Notes: a model not told the origin generated them from the sequence alone. 64,000 bases of DNA from Schizochytrium sp. TIO01 (GCA_004764695.1 SMSO01000007.1:1247270-1311269), one strand, 5' to 3'. Counted from the stretch's first letter, positions 1-13,300 are shown. Translations and numbers: made by a program.

Positions 1-779
1 TAGAAATAGTGAAGTCTTCAAGGCTTTGATGAAGCAGACGACGAATTCTTCGCAAGATAAAGCAACTCGCAGTTTGGAGCTTATATATAGGTGCACCTCT
101 ACTAGTCAAATGATTATACAGAAAACAACAAGTGCATGAATCTCAAGCATCTTAACTCCTTTCTATATCTTGTTGACATACTATGGAGTCCAAGTCGTGA
201 TAATCAAAGGCATATCGTTCTTGACAAACTCAAGAAGGCTAAATATATTGTTCCAAAACAACCTTACGTAGGTATGCATGTTCTTCAAGAAGAATTTGGG
301 CAAGCATTTGTGTTTTGATTGAATGTTGTGTATTAGTAGAGAAAATTTGAGGGAAATTTGAACAAAATGATTTTATTTGAGGAATACGGAAGTTGAATAG
401 CAATAAATCGACAACAATGATGGCAAATACATGCTAAGGAACGCCACAACGAGATAAGAGCCGGACACCAAAGGTCTCAAAACAACAAATATCGAATGTG
501 TAAACAGAATTCTGCTCACTCGTAAATGTGTGCTCCCGCGTAAGTTAGTGTATTGCCTATAATTTTCTTGAAGAGAGAATGAAGGAGAGGGAGGCGGTTT
601 GCGAAGCAAAATGCATAGTGCAATGAGCAAAGTTCAAAGATTGTGCAAGCCCTTTGGTGGTGAAAAGGACTAGAACAAGCAAAGAACCGCCGAATTGAGT
701 TCTCTTTTCTCTAATCCTCACAAACACAGAGGTAAGGAAGATCTCAAAAGAAAGAAAGAAAGAGGACTTACTTCCTTAC

Positions 780-3095
780 TTAGAGATCGTACGGGGAGAC
801 CTCATCAGAAGTCTTTCCCTGGGGAACGAAGGTGCCAGCCTTCTTCTCAGCGTAGACACGAGCAGACTCCTCCTTGAGCTCCATGAGTTTCTCGTTCTTG
901 GTAGCACGCATGTAAAGCTCGGTCATAATGTCAAAGCGGCCAGAAGGACTGTCGCGAACAGGGGCGCCAAGCAAGAAGCCAACAATAAGGGTAACAATGA
1001 TACCAACAGCGACACCAGCGCCAGTGGAGTAGCCACCAGTTCCAACAGGGAGGGTACCACAGAAGATGCAGACAATTGCAACAGTTAAGGCGTACGGAGC
1101 CTGGGTCTTGACATGTGCGGTGAGCTCACACTTAGCAGCAAGAGCAGAAAGCACAGTGGTATCAGAAATAGGACTGGAGTGGTCACCAGTTACAGAACCA
1201 GCAAGCACAGCAGCCATGGTTCCGTAAAAGATGTTAAGGTCGCCGTTCGAGGCCTGCCATGCCGGGGCGGTAACGAGGGGGAACATCACAGACATAGTAG
1301 ACCAGGAGGAACCCATGGCAACAGACATGAAAGCAGCAATGACAAAGGTCAAGGTGGGGAGCATGCCAACGTTGAAGTTGTCGCTCTCAATAGCACGGGC
1401 AAAGAGACGATCACAGCCAACCTCAGTCATGATGCCTCCAATAGTCCAGGCAAGAATAAGCACGAGAATAGCCGGGAAGAGGTTGATGAGACCCTTAAGA
1501 AAAGTCTGGAACGACTCAACCGGGCCCAGGAGAGGGCGCGGGTAGTCCACATTGAAGTAGGTCTCCTCTTCGCTATCCTTGGCACCGACGCGCTCAGCCT
1601 CGAAGTTACGGGAAAGCTTCTTGGCGCACGGGCTAGGCAAGAGGTTAATAAAGGCCTCCTTGTTGGGGATAACGACGCGGCCGTCCTTAACGAACTGAGC
1701 CATGTAGAGAACCATGGAGCATACAGCAGTACCGGCGGTACCAATAAGAAGAGCGGAGTAGGAGTCAGAGTTCTGAATGACGTCAAGAAAGCTAGCACCC
1801 TCATCAGAACTGGAGCGACCAGTGGAAACGAGAATCCAGAAGACGAGAAGAATGAGGATGGCCACAGGGATAAGCATGTTGTAAGCACGAATCGGGGTTC
1901 CCGGGCGCACGGTAACAATAGATTGAAGACCGTCAGCACCCTTGAAAGCACCATCACCACCATCGGTGCGACCAGTGATAAAGATCTTGCGCTCAGCAAT
2001 AAGCATAGGACCGAAGTCACGCTGCATAAGTGCCATACCGACCTGGAAAACAATCAAGAAAATAGGGTAGTAGCGGTATCCGATAGTCTGCAAGAAGACA
2101 GCGTAGGCGCTAGTTGGGAGGCCATCCGGGGCAACACCGCCGTTGTCAGCAATGATGTTGTCCAACTCAGTCTGGATGAGGGAGACCTCAAAACCGACCC
2201 AACTGGAGATAGGCGAGATACTGGCAATGGGAGCACTGGTGGCATCAGTAATCCAAGCGGTCTTCTCACGGCTGACAAAGTTGTCGAGAATGGGGCGCAT
2301 GGTGTTACCAATCACGAGAGAGTTGGTGTAGTCATCGAAGAAGATCAGAAGACCAGAGGAGAAGGCAATGATCTGGGCCCAGCGAGCGTTACGGGCGAAC
2401 TTGACGAGAATGTCAGTGAGACCCTGGGCACCACCGGTACGCTGCATCATAGTGACAAGACCGGAAAGAAACAGGGAGAATACAATAACATACTGGTGGT
2501 CAGAGTCAGTCACAGCACCGAGGAGGTATGTGGCAATGGAGTTCCAGAAACCATCCATGAGGTTTCCGTAGACCATGCAGGAGCCAATGAAAACACCAAG
2601 GTAGAGGGCAATTTCAACCTTTTGCAGGGCAATGGCAAAAAACAAAGTCATGATAAGGGGAACGAGCGATGCACCGGGCTGGATTACACGAGCAGACACA
2701 GAGCCGGATGAGGTGGTGTTATCAGAGAAGGTGCTATCGAAACTGATGACCATCTCGGCAGAGACGGCACCAGTGCTGGTAACGTAGTTGTCATCAAATT
2801 CACATGAAGTCTCGAGCTCACGAGCGGAGGTCAGGTTAATTTCCTGAGTGCCAATAACCTCATCGTTAATTGTGAGCATGCAATACAAGATGCCACCGGT
2901 GTACACAGAATCGGACGAAGTCCAGCTTACGGTGCCTGTTACAGCAAAGGCTTCATTCGTAAACATGGTGGTGTACTCGAATTCCACCGAGTCGAGCGAC
3001 GGGGTGTAAGCCACCTCCGTGTACTGAGCCGAGGTAAGGCCTGCAAGGGCCATGATGGCCGTTGCCACGGCCGCAAAGCTGCGTTTTAATAACAT
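780..3095 (-). CDS. NhaC-family (IT superfamily, LysW-like) Na+/H+ antiporter or amino-acid transporter, paralogue 1, with signal peptide and extra N-terminal domain
   Basis: 771-aa intronless ORF. Family motifs FFDDYTNSLVIGNTMRP, SREKTAWITDATSAPIA, GSSWSTM and GDHSSPISDTTVLS...HVKTQAPYA; many hydrophobic helices; N-terminal signal peptide; strong codon bias. Confidence 0.9.
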   Translation of the reverse strand: MLLKRSFAAVATAIMALAGLTSAQYTEVAYTPSLDSVEFEYTTMFTNEAFAVTGTVSWTSSDSVYTGGILYCMLTINDEVIGTQEINLTSARELETSCEFDDNYVTSTGAVSAEMVISFDSTFSDNTTSSGSVSARVIQPGASLVPLIMTLFFAIALQKVEIALYLGVFIGSCMVYGNLMDGFWNSIATYLLGAVTDSDHQYVIVFSLFLSGLVTMMQRTGGAQGLTDILVKFARNARWAQIIAFSSGLLIFFDDYTNSLVIGNTMRPILDNFVSREKTAWITDATSAPIASISPISSWVGFEVSLIQTELDNIIADNGGVAPDGLPTSAYAVFLQTIGYRYYPIFLIVFQVGMALMQRDFGPMLIAERKIFITGRTDGGDGAFKGADGLQSIVTVRPGTPIRAYNMLIPVAILILLVFWILVSTGRSSSDEGASFLDVIQNSDSYSALLIGTAGTAVCSMVLYMAQFVKDGRVVIPNKEAFINLLPSPCAKKLSRNFEAERVGAKDSEEETYFNVDYPRPLLGPVESFQTFLKGLINLFPAILVLILAWTIGGIMTEVGCDRLFARAIESDNFNVGMLPTLTFVIAAFMSVAMGSSWSTMSVMFPLVTAPAWQASNGDLNIFYGTMAAVLAGSVTGDHSSPISDTTVLSALAAKCELTAHVKTQAPYALTVAIVCIFCGTLPVGTGGYSTGAGVAVGIIVTLIVGFLLGAPVRDSPSGRFDIMTELYMRATKNEKLMELKEESARVYAEKKAGTFVPQGKTSDEVSPYDL

Positions 3096-3145
3096 CCTTG
3101 TTGTTCTGTCAATTGCTTCTTGATTTTTTGCTAGCCCGAGGCTTT

Positions 3146-3161
3146 AGTTTGGGGTTTGCTT
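3146..3161 (-). promoter_or_regulatory. Conserved 16-mer (AAGCAAACCCCAAACT on minus strand) upstream of paralogue 1 ATG
   Basis: Identical 16-mer at 19970-19985 upstream of paralogue 2. Confidence 0.45.
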
Positions 3162-6100
3162 TGCTGCCATCCTCGCCGATTCGTGCGGCTTATCTTTACT
3201 ACTGTCTCCGCCCCTTCTATTTATCCTTATTATGAATTCTGTTGATTTTAACTTCACTTCCCCTCCTTCGTTCGCATCCTTACTTTCACGTGCACATTCA
3301 CTTTCTTTTTCTTCCTTCTTTCCTCTCTCTTGTTTTTTTTTTCTTCTTTTAAATTTTAATGAAATTTACAAAATGAAAGAGCTCGGATGGCCTCTCTAAA
3401 CGTTCACGTGCGCGACAATCACCCTATCAGTTTAACATAATTATCCCTACCTGGTACTTCAAAGAAAAATGAATCATAAACTAAAACAGGTAGTAGCTAG
3501 AGTCTTTTTTTTAAAATAGAAGCTCAATCTCCGCCCTCCTCTCCCCACTGGTCTCTCCTCCTGCAAAACTCATCTCGTCACGACTCCTCAGCATACATAT
3601 AAAAAGCCCACTCCAGTGGCATGGCGCTTGCCTCAGAGTCTCCGACCACCCGTAGCAAACAGTCCAACTTCGCATGCACGCCTCTTGGTCCTGCTCACTC
3701 GCAGTCTGCGAGCAGCGCACCCTCGCTAGGTACTTACTTTTGCTGTGAACGATGTTTACTTCTAAAACAAGCAAACAAAAGTTATAATTATTGACTGATT
3801 GATTGATTGATTGTTGTTTGTTGTTATAAAGGTTTTCAAGAATGCCGATGCAGGAGGGGACGCTGTCGATGGATCTCCCCCCGTCAGAGCGAGAACAGAC
3901 CAAAGTTAATATTTACAATGGAAGCTAACTTATTTGACAGTTTGCTCGATCTACATTCTTTCGCATTCTCATTCCTGGCCGACGGAGATCTTCTCTGTAA
4001 ACTCGACCGATGCTTCTTCTCCAGCAATCAGCTCATGCTGCTACTAGTATTGCTGGGAACTTGAAGAAGTCGCTGCTAGGCATCGCGAGGTTTCTTCCAA
4101 GGGTGTCTTCCTCTTCGTCACGTGCACGTTTTGTATACGTGCTGTTGCCTACGCTGTCTTACCACTTTTCATTAATAATGAGGTAATTGGAGAAGTGATA
4201 GGATAGTGATAGTCAATCACTCAGTCAATCAACCAACAAGGATAAAATGAGTTGCTTCTCTATGTGTTGTGCTACCTTCTTTTCAAAGTTGTTCGGGAAT
4301 ACTGGTCCGCTGCTTGGATTGTCGCGTCAAGGTCGATCATTATTTTTCGAGCGAGAAACTAGCATGCGTTGCGCAGCAGCCGCACACTGACAAGTTTCAA
4401 CTTTTCAACGTTTCCACAGGCATTCATTCGTCCATTATGCTAGCTATCGTTGATTGGCAAACAGTATTTGTTATTTATTTCGTTCTTCACGATATGATCA
4501 ACCATCACCCCTCTCTTTCCGTGTTTTTTTGTTTGTTTTCTTTTTTAATTAAAAACTTGCTTGGGTAGTTTTAAAAAAGTCAAACCAACACAATCGCTCA
4601 TTGGGACCTTAGCTTTAGCTAAACGGCAGAAAGGAGGTACTTACCTACCTACGTGAGGCTTATCGAAAGCGTTGTCTTCATCCATTCGCAGGACGCCGCC
4701 TAACTAATCAGTAGGTACCTACGTACCTATCACCGTGAGTAAGAATGGTGACAGAGGCGATGAAGTGTGTTTGATCATTCTGCCTTTCTGTCCACTTATT
4801 ATCCTTCGATCTTTTATTTTTGGTTTTTTATAAATAACTAATGGAGTTTATGTGGCAAGGCCTCAAATTTTGATAGAAACATCGTATGATTCTCGAGCAG
4901 CAGGCAATCTGAAGCGGACGCCACTAGAAGCAAGACAAGCCGTGTGATGTTCTCTATGACAGCCGTTTATTTTTGAAGCCTGGGCTTTATCTGGATCGAG
5001 ACGGCAGTCAAGAAGTGTAAGTGTCGCAAAACTTAACACAGGTTTTTGTCACTCTGCAGTCCTTTTTTTCTTTTTCAATTAAAAGTTTAGCGAAATAAAA
5101 GGAATTTTGAGGGTATAAACTTAAAATAATAAAATCAAAATTCACATTCACTGCTGTCGTAGCAGCGTCATGTGGCTGCTCGTAGGCAAAAGCACCGGAG
5201 TTCTATGGGTTCTGCAAAGCCGTTCTCTACCCGGTCAATGTCCGCAGGGAAGTTGATGGCCTTCAGGTGGACACCCTGTTTAAAAAACAAGGTAGCATCA
5301 GCACCAAATGGGAATGACTTCTTGATTCAAGAATGCATTTTTTAATTTAACCATTTTATGAATTTAATTATAGCAGCGGTTATTAGTAAGAGGGTAAGTA
5401 GTTTATACCGTGGTATGAATATTGACAAATAAGTCGACAAATGAATAGAAATAGGTAAATCAAGATGGTGATAACTCAAATGGAAAGGAGAGTCCAACTT
5501 GGAACCCGCCTTGTGTCTCCAGGAGATTGACGTAGTATTATCTATCTCATGATGATTTCCTCTATGCGTCGTTAACCTGGCGCGCACAGAGCAGAGTTTA
5601 CAATAATACAAAATCAGTTGCAATTTAATCCACGCGCATTTCTTTCCATAAGTTTTTTTGCTTTCGCCATGGTTATTTTTCGATTAGGACAAGCAAAAGG
5701 ATAGAAAGCCGCTGCGAATATGCCTAGATGGTACACCAAATCAAGATGGGTGGAAGAGGAAAGGAGATGTCTTTTTAAAACGTGATCTTAGATAGTAGGT
5801 ACTTTTATATTTTATCGGAAAAGTCTTTTCGCGCTCATTTTGACATATTATGTTCGAAGACTCTGTCAGAAAGGCACGCCGCGCTTTTAATGATAAAGTT
5901 TTCAACTACGCTGCACAAGCAATGACGCTGACAGCGCTTGTCAAGACCATAGCCAAATGGCAGCATCAATAACGCGAACATGGACGCATGGCAAAGGCCT
6001 CGCCACTAGCAGTAAGTTTCAAGCAGCCTCACATTCATTCTGGCGTTGCCGCAAGAAAGACAATTTATTTTATTTTCCCTTTTATTTTCACTCACCCATT

Positions 6101-6601
6101 TTATTTATTTAGTTTTGAAGGAGAGAAAGACCCTCAAAAATCATGAGGAGGAAAGCACAATCTCCTTCGTGCTCCTCCTTCTCAAGCCCGAGCCCTCCGC
6201 CTTCTCAGTTCCAGCTACTCTGTTTTTGGAGTTCGGAGAAGGCTGGCATCGCGAGACCCGAGGGCTGCCCGTCCACCACCCATTGCGCTGCCACGTCTAC
6301 AGGTCTGGGCGGGTGTGTGCATGAAGAAATGAAGGACTTAACTTCGAAGCGCAAGCAGATCTTCACAAACGTCGCCCATCGATTTCACATTTCCTTCTTC
6401 CTTACAATTCCTGTTTTCCATTTTCAATCATCCTTACCTTCGGCGGCTTTTAAAATGAACCCATGAAGAATACTTTCTGCTCGACTCCATCGCGAAAGCA
6501 TCGCGAGCGAATCCTATTACAGCAGCAAAGAAGAAGAAAGAACTCCAGGCGAAGGACCAAGCAAGAAGCTGCAAGCGACCTCTTGAAACCTCTGCAAAAG
6601 C

Positions 6602-6636
6602 CAAGTTCTTGCACAAGTTCTTGCACAAGTTCTTGC
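6602..6636. repeat. 12-bp tandem repeat (CAAGTTCTTGCA) x3
   Basis: Read directly from the sequence. Confidence 0.9.
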
Positions 6637-7063
6637 CTCGATCAATTGAACGAACTCTTGGATAACTAAGTGCCCACGACACAACTGTGGTCAACTTGAG
6701 CATAAATCATAAATCACAATCACAGCAGAAGTTGAAGAAACACCCTCTCATGAGTATCCCCGAGTCCCAAGCTCTTGCGGCCCGCCCTGCGAACGGCCGA
6801 AGTTCTCGCTGTCTGCGAGGGACTTGGAGCTTCTGCAGGCGGCCATGGAAGGCGGAAGGGAAGAGATCTCAGGAAAGAGGGATGGATACCAAGGAATGAA
6901 TGGGTGGGTGGCCTCCGTCCTCCTCTTTTTCTTCTTCTTCTCGTTAGACTCGCGTGAAAAACGTGCTGATGACTCATCATTATTTTAAAAACTTTCTTTC
7001 TTGCTTGCTTTCTTTCTTCCTTTTGATAAAAAGTTTTCTTTTTGCTTATAGAACGTGCCTTTC

Positions 7064-7307
7064 GGGTTGCGCAGAAGGCGGGTTGCGCAGCGTGAATTGG
7101 GCGCGCGAGCAAAACGAGGTCCAGGCCTCGTGCTCGCAGGCCTCAAGCTGGTTGACTGAGGCCTCTTCTGCCGTCTCTTTGCCTGGATATGCCTGCGAGG
7201 GAACGGCTTGCTGGGCAGCCTGAATGGAAGCCGCGCTGAGTTGCGCTGTTCGTCCTGCTCGTCTCCGGTAGGCTTGGTGCCTTTGCGAAGCACTTTGGGT
7301 TGCGCAG
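7064..7307 (+). promoter_or_regulatory. Cluster of three GGGTTGCGCAG motifs (7064, 7080, 7297), putative cis-element
   Basis: The exact 11-mer recurs elsewhere in non-coding parts of the window; function is inferred. Confidence 0.5.
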
Positions 7308-10300
7308 AGTATTTATAGCAATGATTTTATATAAAAGTTGATTTTTAATTTTTTTTCATAAGAATACTTTTTCTTTTTCTTTTTTTTTAAATAAATAAAA
7401 CTATGCTTTTGAAAAACTTTAGAAAAACATCGATCGATCTGTTTGCCTGCCTCTACTTTTCAATTGACATTGTAGGTTCTACACAACTAAGTGGGAAAAG
7501 GCTATTTATTCACTGCTAGATGGACGCATGCCATTCGGGCAATTGCCTTATGCGTTGATGGCCAAGGAAAGGATGCCTCATTAGATAGAACTCGACAATT
7601 CTGCTATTGAGGAAGATCACCCATTGCTTCCTTGCGTCCTCCCTTTAGCAACTGTGATTAATTTGATTTGATTTGAATGGTATTTTTTTTAATGAATTTT
7701 TGTTTTGAATTATAAAATTTAAAACAAAGAGAGAGACTCTCGACTCTACACGAACAGACACAAGGAAAGTCGCACACTCTGAATTGAACAATGATAAACT
7801 ATGGTAGAAGTATGATAGTACAGACACTCAGAAGCTCGAACGCCAACTCACTCGCACGTGTGCGTAGCAATCATAATGGTGCTCTCTGGCCACTGAGGAC
7901 TTTGAAACCCTGTGCTTGATGGATTAGGCAAAACCATGGGATTCGTATACCTTTTGGGTTGTCCTCCCTTCCCTCTTTTAATTTTAGTCTATCGATGGGC
8001 AGACTTTGTCTTCGCTGTTTCCCAAGTAATCCTGGCCTTCAAAGTTTTGAAGCACGTGAATTTACGTGCTGTTACGCTTGGAAGACCTCTTTAGATTGCG
8101 TCGCTGTCTTAAATCCGTCTCATAAAGCTTACAGAAATAATCAGCACGATCATGATCATCCCGTAGCCGAATTCTGTGGATTGCCGAACTTGCCGTCTTC
8201 AGCTCAGGAGACAGGTTTTTTTTTTTCATTCCCTTTTTTTTTTGCTTTTTCTGTTGCTGTTCTAGTTCAGGAATAGATTTCGAGGATCGATCAATCATCG
8301 TGTTCGACTTCTGGTACTTAGATGTTTGATCGCACAGGCTGCTTAGGTCCTTGCGGAGACTGGCCAAGACATCCTTTGCAGTTTAGATGCTTATGCACTT
8401 GCACTAGCTAGCTCTGCGGTTGTTCTACAGCGTAATCGCCAAGATACTTGAAGGTATCGGTGGAAGAGCCTTGAAAAGAACATTAGGCGCAGCAAATAAG
8501 AAAAAGAAAAAATAATGATAATTCAGGGCTAGCCGCTTCGTAGCTCATGAATTCATCATGACGTTGTTTTCGATTCGATGCTACGGCTCAGCTCTTGACC
8601 ATGGGTGCTACGAGAAGAATTCAACGCCCCGTGCAGAAAAGGAAACCACCCAGATCGAGCTTCCACTGCAAAGGAGTGGAGGCCTATAGATCTCACCCGC
8701 CCAGCAGCCAGCTCGGTGAACTCCTGAAGGACTTAAATGATCAAGAACATCAGATCCACAATGATTTTTTTTCTTTATTCTTTTTTTTAAGAACACGGGT
8801 GTGCACGCGCTGCAAGGATTTGTGGAAACTTACAAGTTTGTTTTCATAGGGACCTACCTTACTTTATAAAAGAGAAAGAAAAAGCATTAGAAGTAGAAAG
8901 GGCGTGTTGCATACCTATAGTTGTAATATTGATATGGTAAAATGACCGCAGGTACGTCAGGAAGAAATCATAAGTACGCAGAAATCGGGTCAGCATGGCG
9001 GGTAAAGTCTAAAACATTGAGTGGTCGCAAGATTATCACTAACGATTTATATACGCAGACATAAAAATGCTTCCAGGACTGCCAGGCACCGGAAAATATG
9101 CCCTTCTCTGCTCCATAGTAAGTACATAAGTGAGTTAATTGCCGCACTGGGTTTTGCTCACCTATTCAGACTAGATAACTTGGAATCATAATAATTATAG
9201 AAACCAAACTATAGTCCAGAAAGCGGCCGCAATCTACGTATCAATGTTCATTCTTTACTTATTTGTTATAATAAACGGAGTAACAGGTATCATAATAGAA
9301 GTACCTCGCCGAAGCCGGGATGCGGTGTGCACTCATTACACACGCACCCTTCGTAGAAAACCGGGTTGCGCAGCTTCAAATTTCTGATTGGAGACGAGCG
9401 GCTTTCTCAGCTCTTTTGACGAATAGGACACCACAAACTATTAGTACTGATACGATGCCTATCGAAGCTTCCTTCCATTGTTGTGGATCTAGTAGGTAGA
9501 TTGACATCTGCGAAACGCAAGCGCCAACGAGTGATTCTTGGCTGCCTTTGCAGAATTTAGATACCATCGCCTAGGGTAGAAATTAAATTGAGATATTGTT
9601 GTGATTTGTGGGAGGAACCCAAGTGATCTAATACCTACCTAGTATCACTACGCGAAACTCGAGGCAACCTTGACTGTTTTGGCTTGACTTATTATCTAAG
9701 TTAAAAGATTTAAACTTATTACCTTTGCCTGATCAGAGTTGGCAACCTCAAAATAAAAGATCTTATCATCTATGGGACAGTTGATCTCCATACGAGATTA
9801 TGCAAAAGGTTCTTTCGCATTGCAACTCGTGAACACCATGTCTGCGATAGGACAAGGAAAGTCGATAAAGGATTAGAGTAAATGGTAGAACTAGCAGTAC
9901 GTATCTCTCTTGGTATTGATATGAGCTTTTTCCAAATCTGCACTCATTCGAAAGTTTACCTACCTAATATAATTTAAGTTGGGTTTTTCATGCGATCGCA
10001 GGTCGTACCTTCATTTCGAGCTGCTCGGAAACTTGTTGCTCGATCGCATACAGCCGTTTAGAAAATACATTTGTCATATGTAATGATAGAGTTTGCATGA
10101 TACCATTTCGAGCTTTCACCCAGGGGTTCTTTCTTTCAAACAACGCGCAGAACACCAAAACAGCTAGTACACACAATTGAGGCACCCTCAGGCTGCACGG
10201 AGTATCATTAAACATCATGGCTGACACCATGATGGTTTTCTCCTCCTTTTCATTTGTGGGTTCTCGCGCCACGAGGTTTTCAACTTGTTCTTCAATTATT

Positions 10301-13300
10301 TTCCGTCTTCTGGCTTCTTTTTACTTTGTCATCGAAAATAGTATTATTGCGAGTGCAATTCATTTATGTTACTTTATTTTTTTAATATTACTTTAAAAAA
10401 TAAAATAAAGAGAAAGTGTTTTAAAAATAGAGCGTCAAAGTGAGTAGAAGTTCTCACCCTGGTCGAGAAGGAGGCTCCCTGAAAGAGTACTTCTACAATT
10501 GATTTGAACTTTTTCTACTTTAGAATCAATATTATTTATCATTCTCTAGTCCTGTATCGTTTTTTATTTTGATTCTTTTATAAAACAAAACAAAAAATCA
10601 AAGTAAAGAAAGTAATGAATGAGCTTTTCCTTCTGCGAATATCAAATAAAAAAATACCAGGCTACTTTCTCAGTGCGAAGATACGCGCAATTGTTTTCCT
10701 TGAGTGAGCTCTCAAGCTGCCTTATAGTCTACTTTTGACCCAGGACCGTACCCCTTACTAGTGATCCAATGGACTCTACAACGATCTTGAATCTCAGCTC
10801 TGATTCTTGACTTTCTTCTGAACGTGAAGAGTCCGGACCTTTTCTTAATGAACACGCACATCAATCATCCCGGCGCCCTTAGCCCCAAGTCTAAGCAGTC
10901 TTACTGCCATGAATTTTGGCTTGTTAAAGGCAGGAAAAACTGTCGATGTCGAGAATTGCGCTGTCGCAACCCATTTTATACCATAAAAGCACTAGAATCA
11001 GTCTCTGCTCTGCGTGGGCAGCCTGAGTAGGTACCTACGCACCTTCTTTTCGCAGCGTTGCGAAGAGTGATTGGTTTAGCTTGCTTGAGTTTTTACCCAC
11101 CCAACTTGCTGAAAGATTTCAACTTATTCCCTTTGACCATTAAGTGAGACTCGTGCAGCCTTCCTTGTCTTCTCGACTCCATTTCGGGCGCAATTGCGGC
11201 AGCTACAGGCATGCTGCGACTCGGACTGCCGCTTTTGCCGCTGATCAAAGCAAAGATTAGGTGCTTTCTTCTGGACTGAGGTTTCCTAATCGAAATCGCG
11301 AACTCCGCGCTTCAATCAAAGCTCGCTCGCTCAGTGATGAGCAATAGAGAGAAGAACAAAGTTGCAGGTGCCCAGAACCCAGAACCTAGAACCCAGAGCA
11401 GACCAGGAGACTCTGCAGCGAGGAACAAGACAAGACATATACAAAGCGAGCAAGAGACACTAAGCATTCGTGGCGCGAAGGAGGAGCTGGTGCTTACTTG
11501 CGCGTGCTCGAAGTACCTATCGAATGTCAAGTGCTCTGGACTAACCACAGAATATCCGCAGAAATGAGCTTGCCTGAGTAGAAACGAGGGCCAAAGCGAA
11601 GCACTGCTTCGAAAGCGATATAGCAGAGCTCGAAAGCACTAAACTCTTAGCAGCAAATTAGCGACTCTGAATTTGCACGTGCAAGTTCGCCGTGTTGAGA
11701 ACGGAGACTGTTGAGTTGAAGAACGAGCATTGGCAAATCCTGGGACGAAATGTTCTCTCATTTTCCTGGCTATAAAGCCCGCTCGATGTTGACGGTAATT
11801 AAAAAATATTGCTCGAAAGACTCCCCAAAAGGATGTCGAGCGTCCCCGCGCGAGCAGCTGCGAGCAGACACGAGCCGAGTTTGCGGCTCATAAGTTGAAC
11901 GCAACAGCATGCGCACACGGCCTTTACCTGCTCTTTCTTCAGGCAGTCAGTGCCTATTGGGTTGCGCATGGAATCTTACAATTCCAAGATGGCAATCCTT
12001 ACAACTACTGCTGCTGCAGCTTTTCCCAGTTTGTTTTAAGCGACTTGGACACTCACTGTGAGGCATTCATCGCGAGGACCGATGTTTGGCTTATTAACGT
12101 TTGGCCTCTTCGCGCTGCGTTTCAACGGTGCAACAGCGCGACCCTCAAGTCAGAGCGAAGTTCTATGGTTCTATCGTTCTTTGGTGAATTCTATTATTAT
12201 TTTTACTTTCATAACCTGATTTCTTTGTTTTAATTAAAAATAGGTTTTGATCATTTTAGATAACTTTGGAAATACCTTTTTTCTAAAATATCTCTGTTCT
12301 TCTTTTTTTCTTTTTTGTAAAATAGCTTTTATTTTTTTTAATATAATAAAGGTTAGTTTGATGATAGAATTTTGGTAAGATTTTCGACGAATGGGTTGCG
12401 GTGAAGAGGATTGAAAGAAGGTATATTTCGCGCAGGGTGGAACTACTTTCCGCATGAACTCGAGGTTTTTGTTGGCAAAGAAAGCTCATAGAGTCGTTCA
12501 AGTCCGCTCGAAAGCTGCGCAACCCTTGCTCGCAACTGCCCCACGCGATCATGAGGTGGAAGATTGCGAGCACTTGCGTTGCGCAATACTTTACACCGTG
12601 CGAGTCGATGATAGCTCGCGAGAAGCACCGCCTTTAAACAAACTCGACTTCCCAGTTCTGGCATGCGCCAGGAGGTTAAATGTTACAGAACAACCTGTCA
12701 GGAGGTACGTACACAGGCACTCCAACAGAGACTTTCTCATCTCGAGATGAAAGAGCAAACTTGATCATGAGGAGAACCGGAGCAACAAGGTCGCTTTCAT
12801 CAGAATGGTGGAGATGATGCTAAAAATTCAACCGGTGCTGAGAACCATGATCTCTAAAGCACATTTGTGGTGCTCATATCATGGCCCAATTCAACTTCCG
12901 TGCGAATGATATTGGCTTGGCATGGCATGGTATGATGGTAGAAGTGATCAACATCCTGAGAGAATTACATGGATTTGGGTACCAATAGAAACTGCTTCCA
13001 AAGAGGTCGAAGAGTAACCAATGCAAGTTGCATCTCCCTAAGACAAGTCCTGTTCCGGACTCTCTGGGAAACAGCAGGAGGAAGAAAACCTTACTACTAA
13101 CTGCTTCTCCTGAGGACACGTATCGCGTCTCTGCAGCTCGCAAATTGAGAAATTGCTCTTCCTCCCAAATGTACATTGCAATCTATCGCAGTCAAAAGAA
13201 ATTACCCATTGGCGCATACCCCTTGCTTTGAAGGAGCTCTTCGCTATCGTGTTCCACGAGTTGGGCTTCAGAGTGAGCAAGTTGTCTCTCTGCAGCCGTT

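Noticed and set aside
1113-2711. 532-aa plus-strand ORF antisense to transporter paralogue 1
   Set aside because: In-register shadow of a strongly codon-biased gene; no recognisable motifs.
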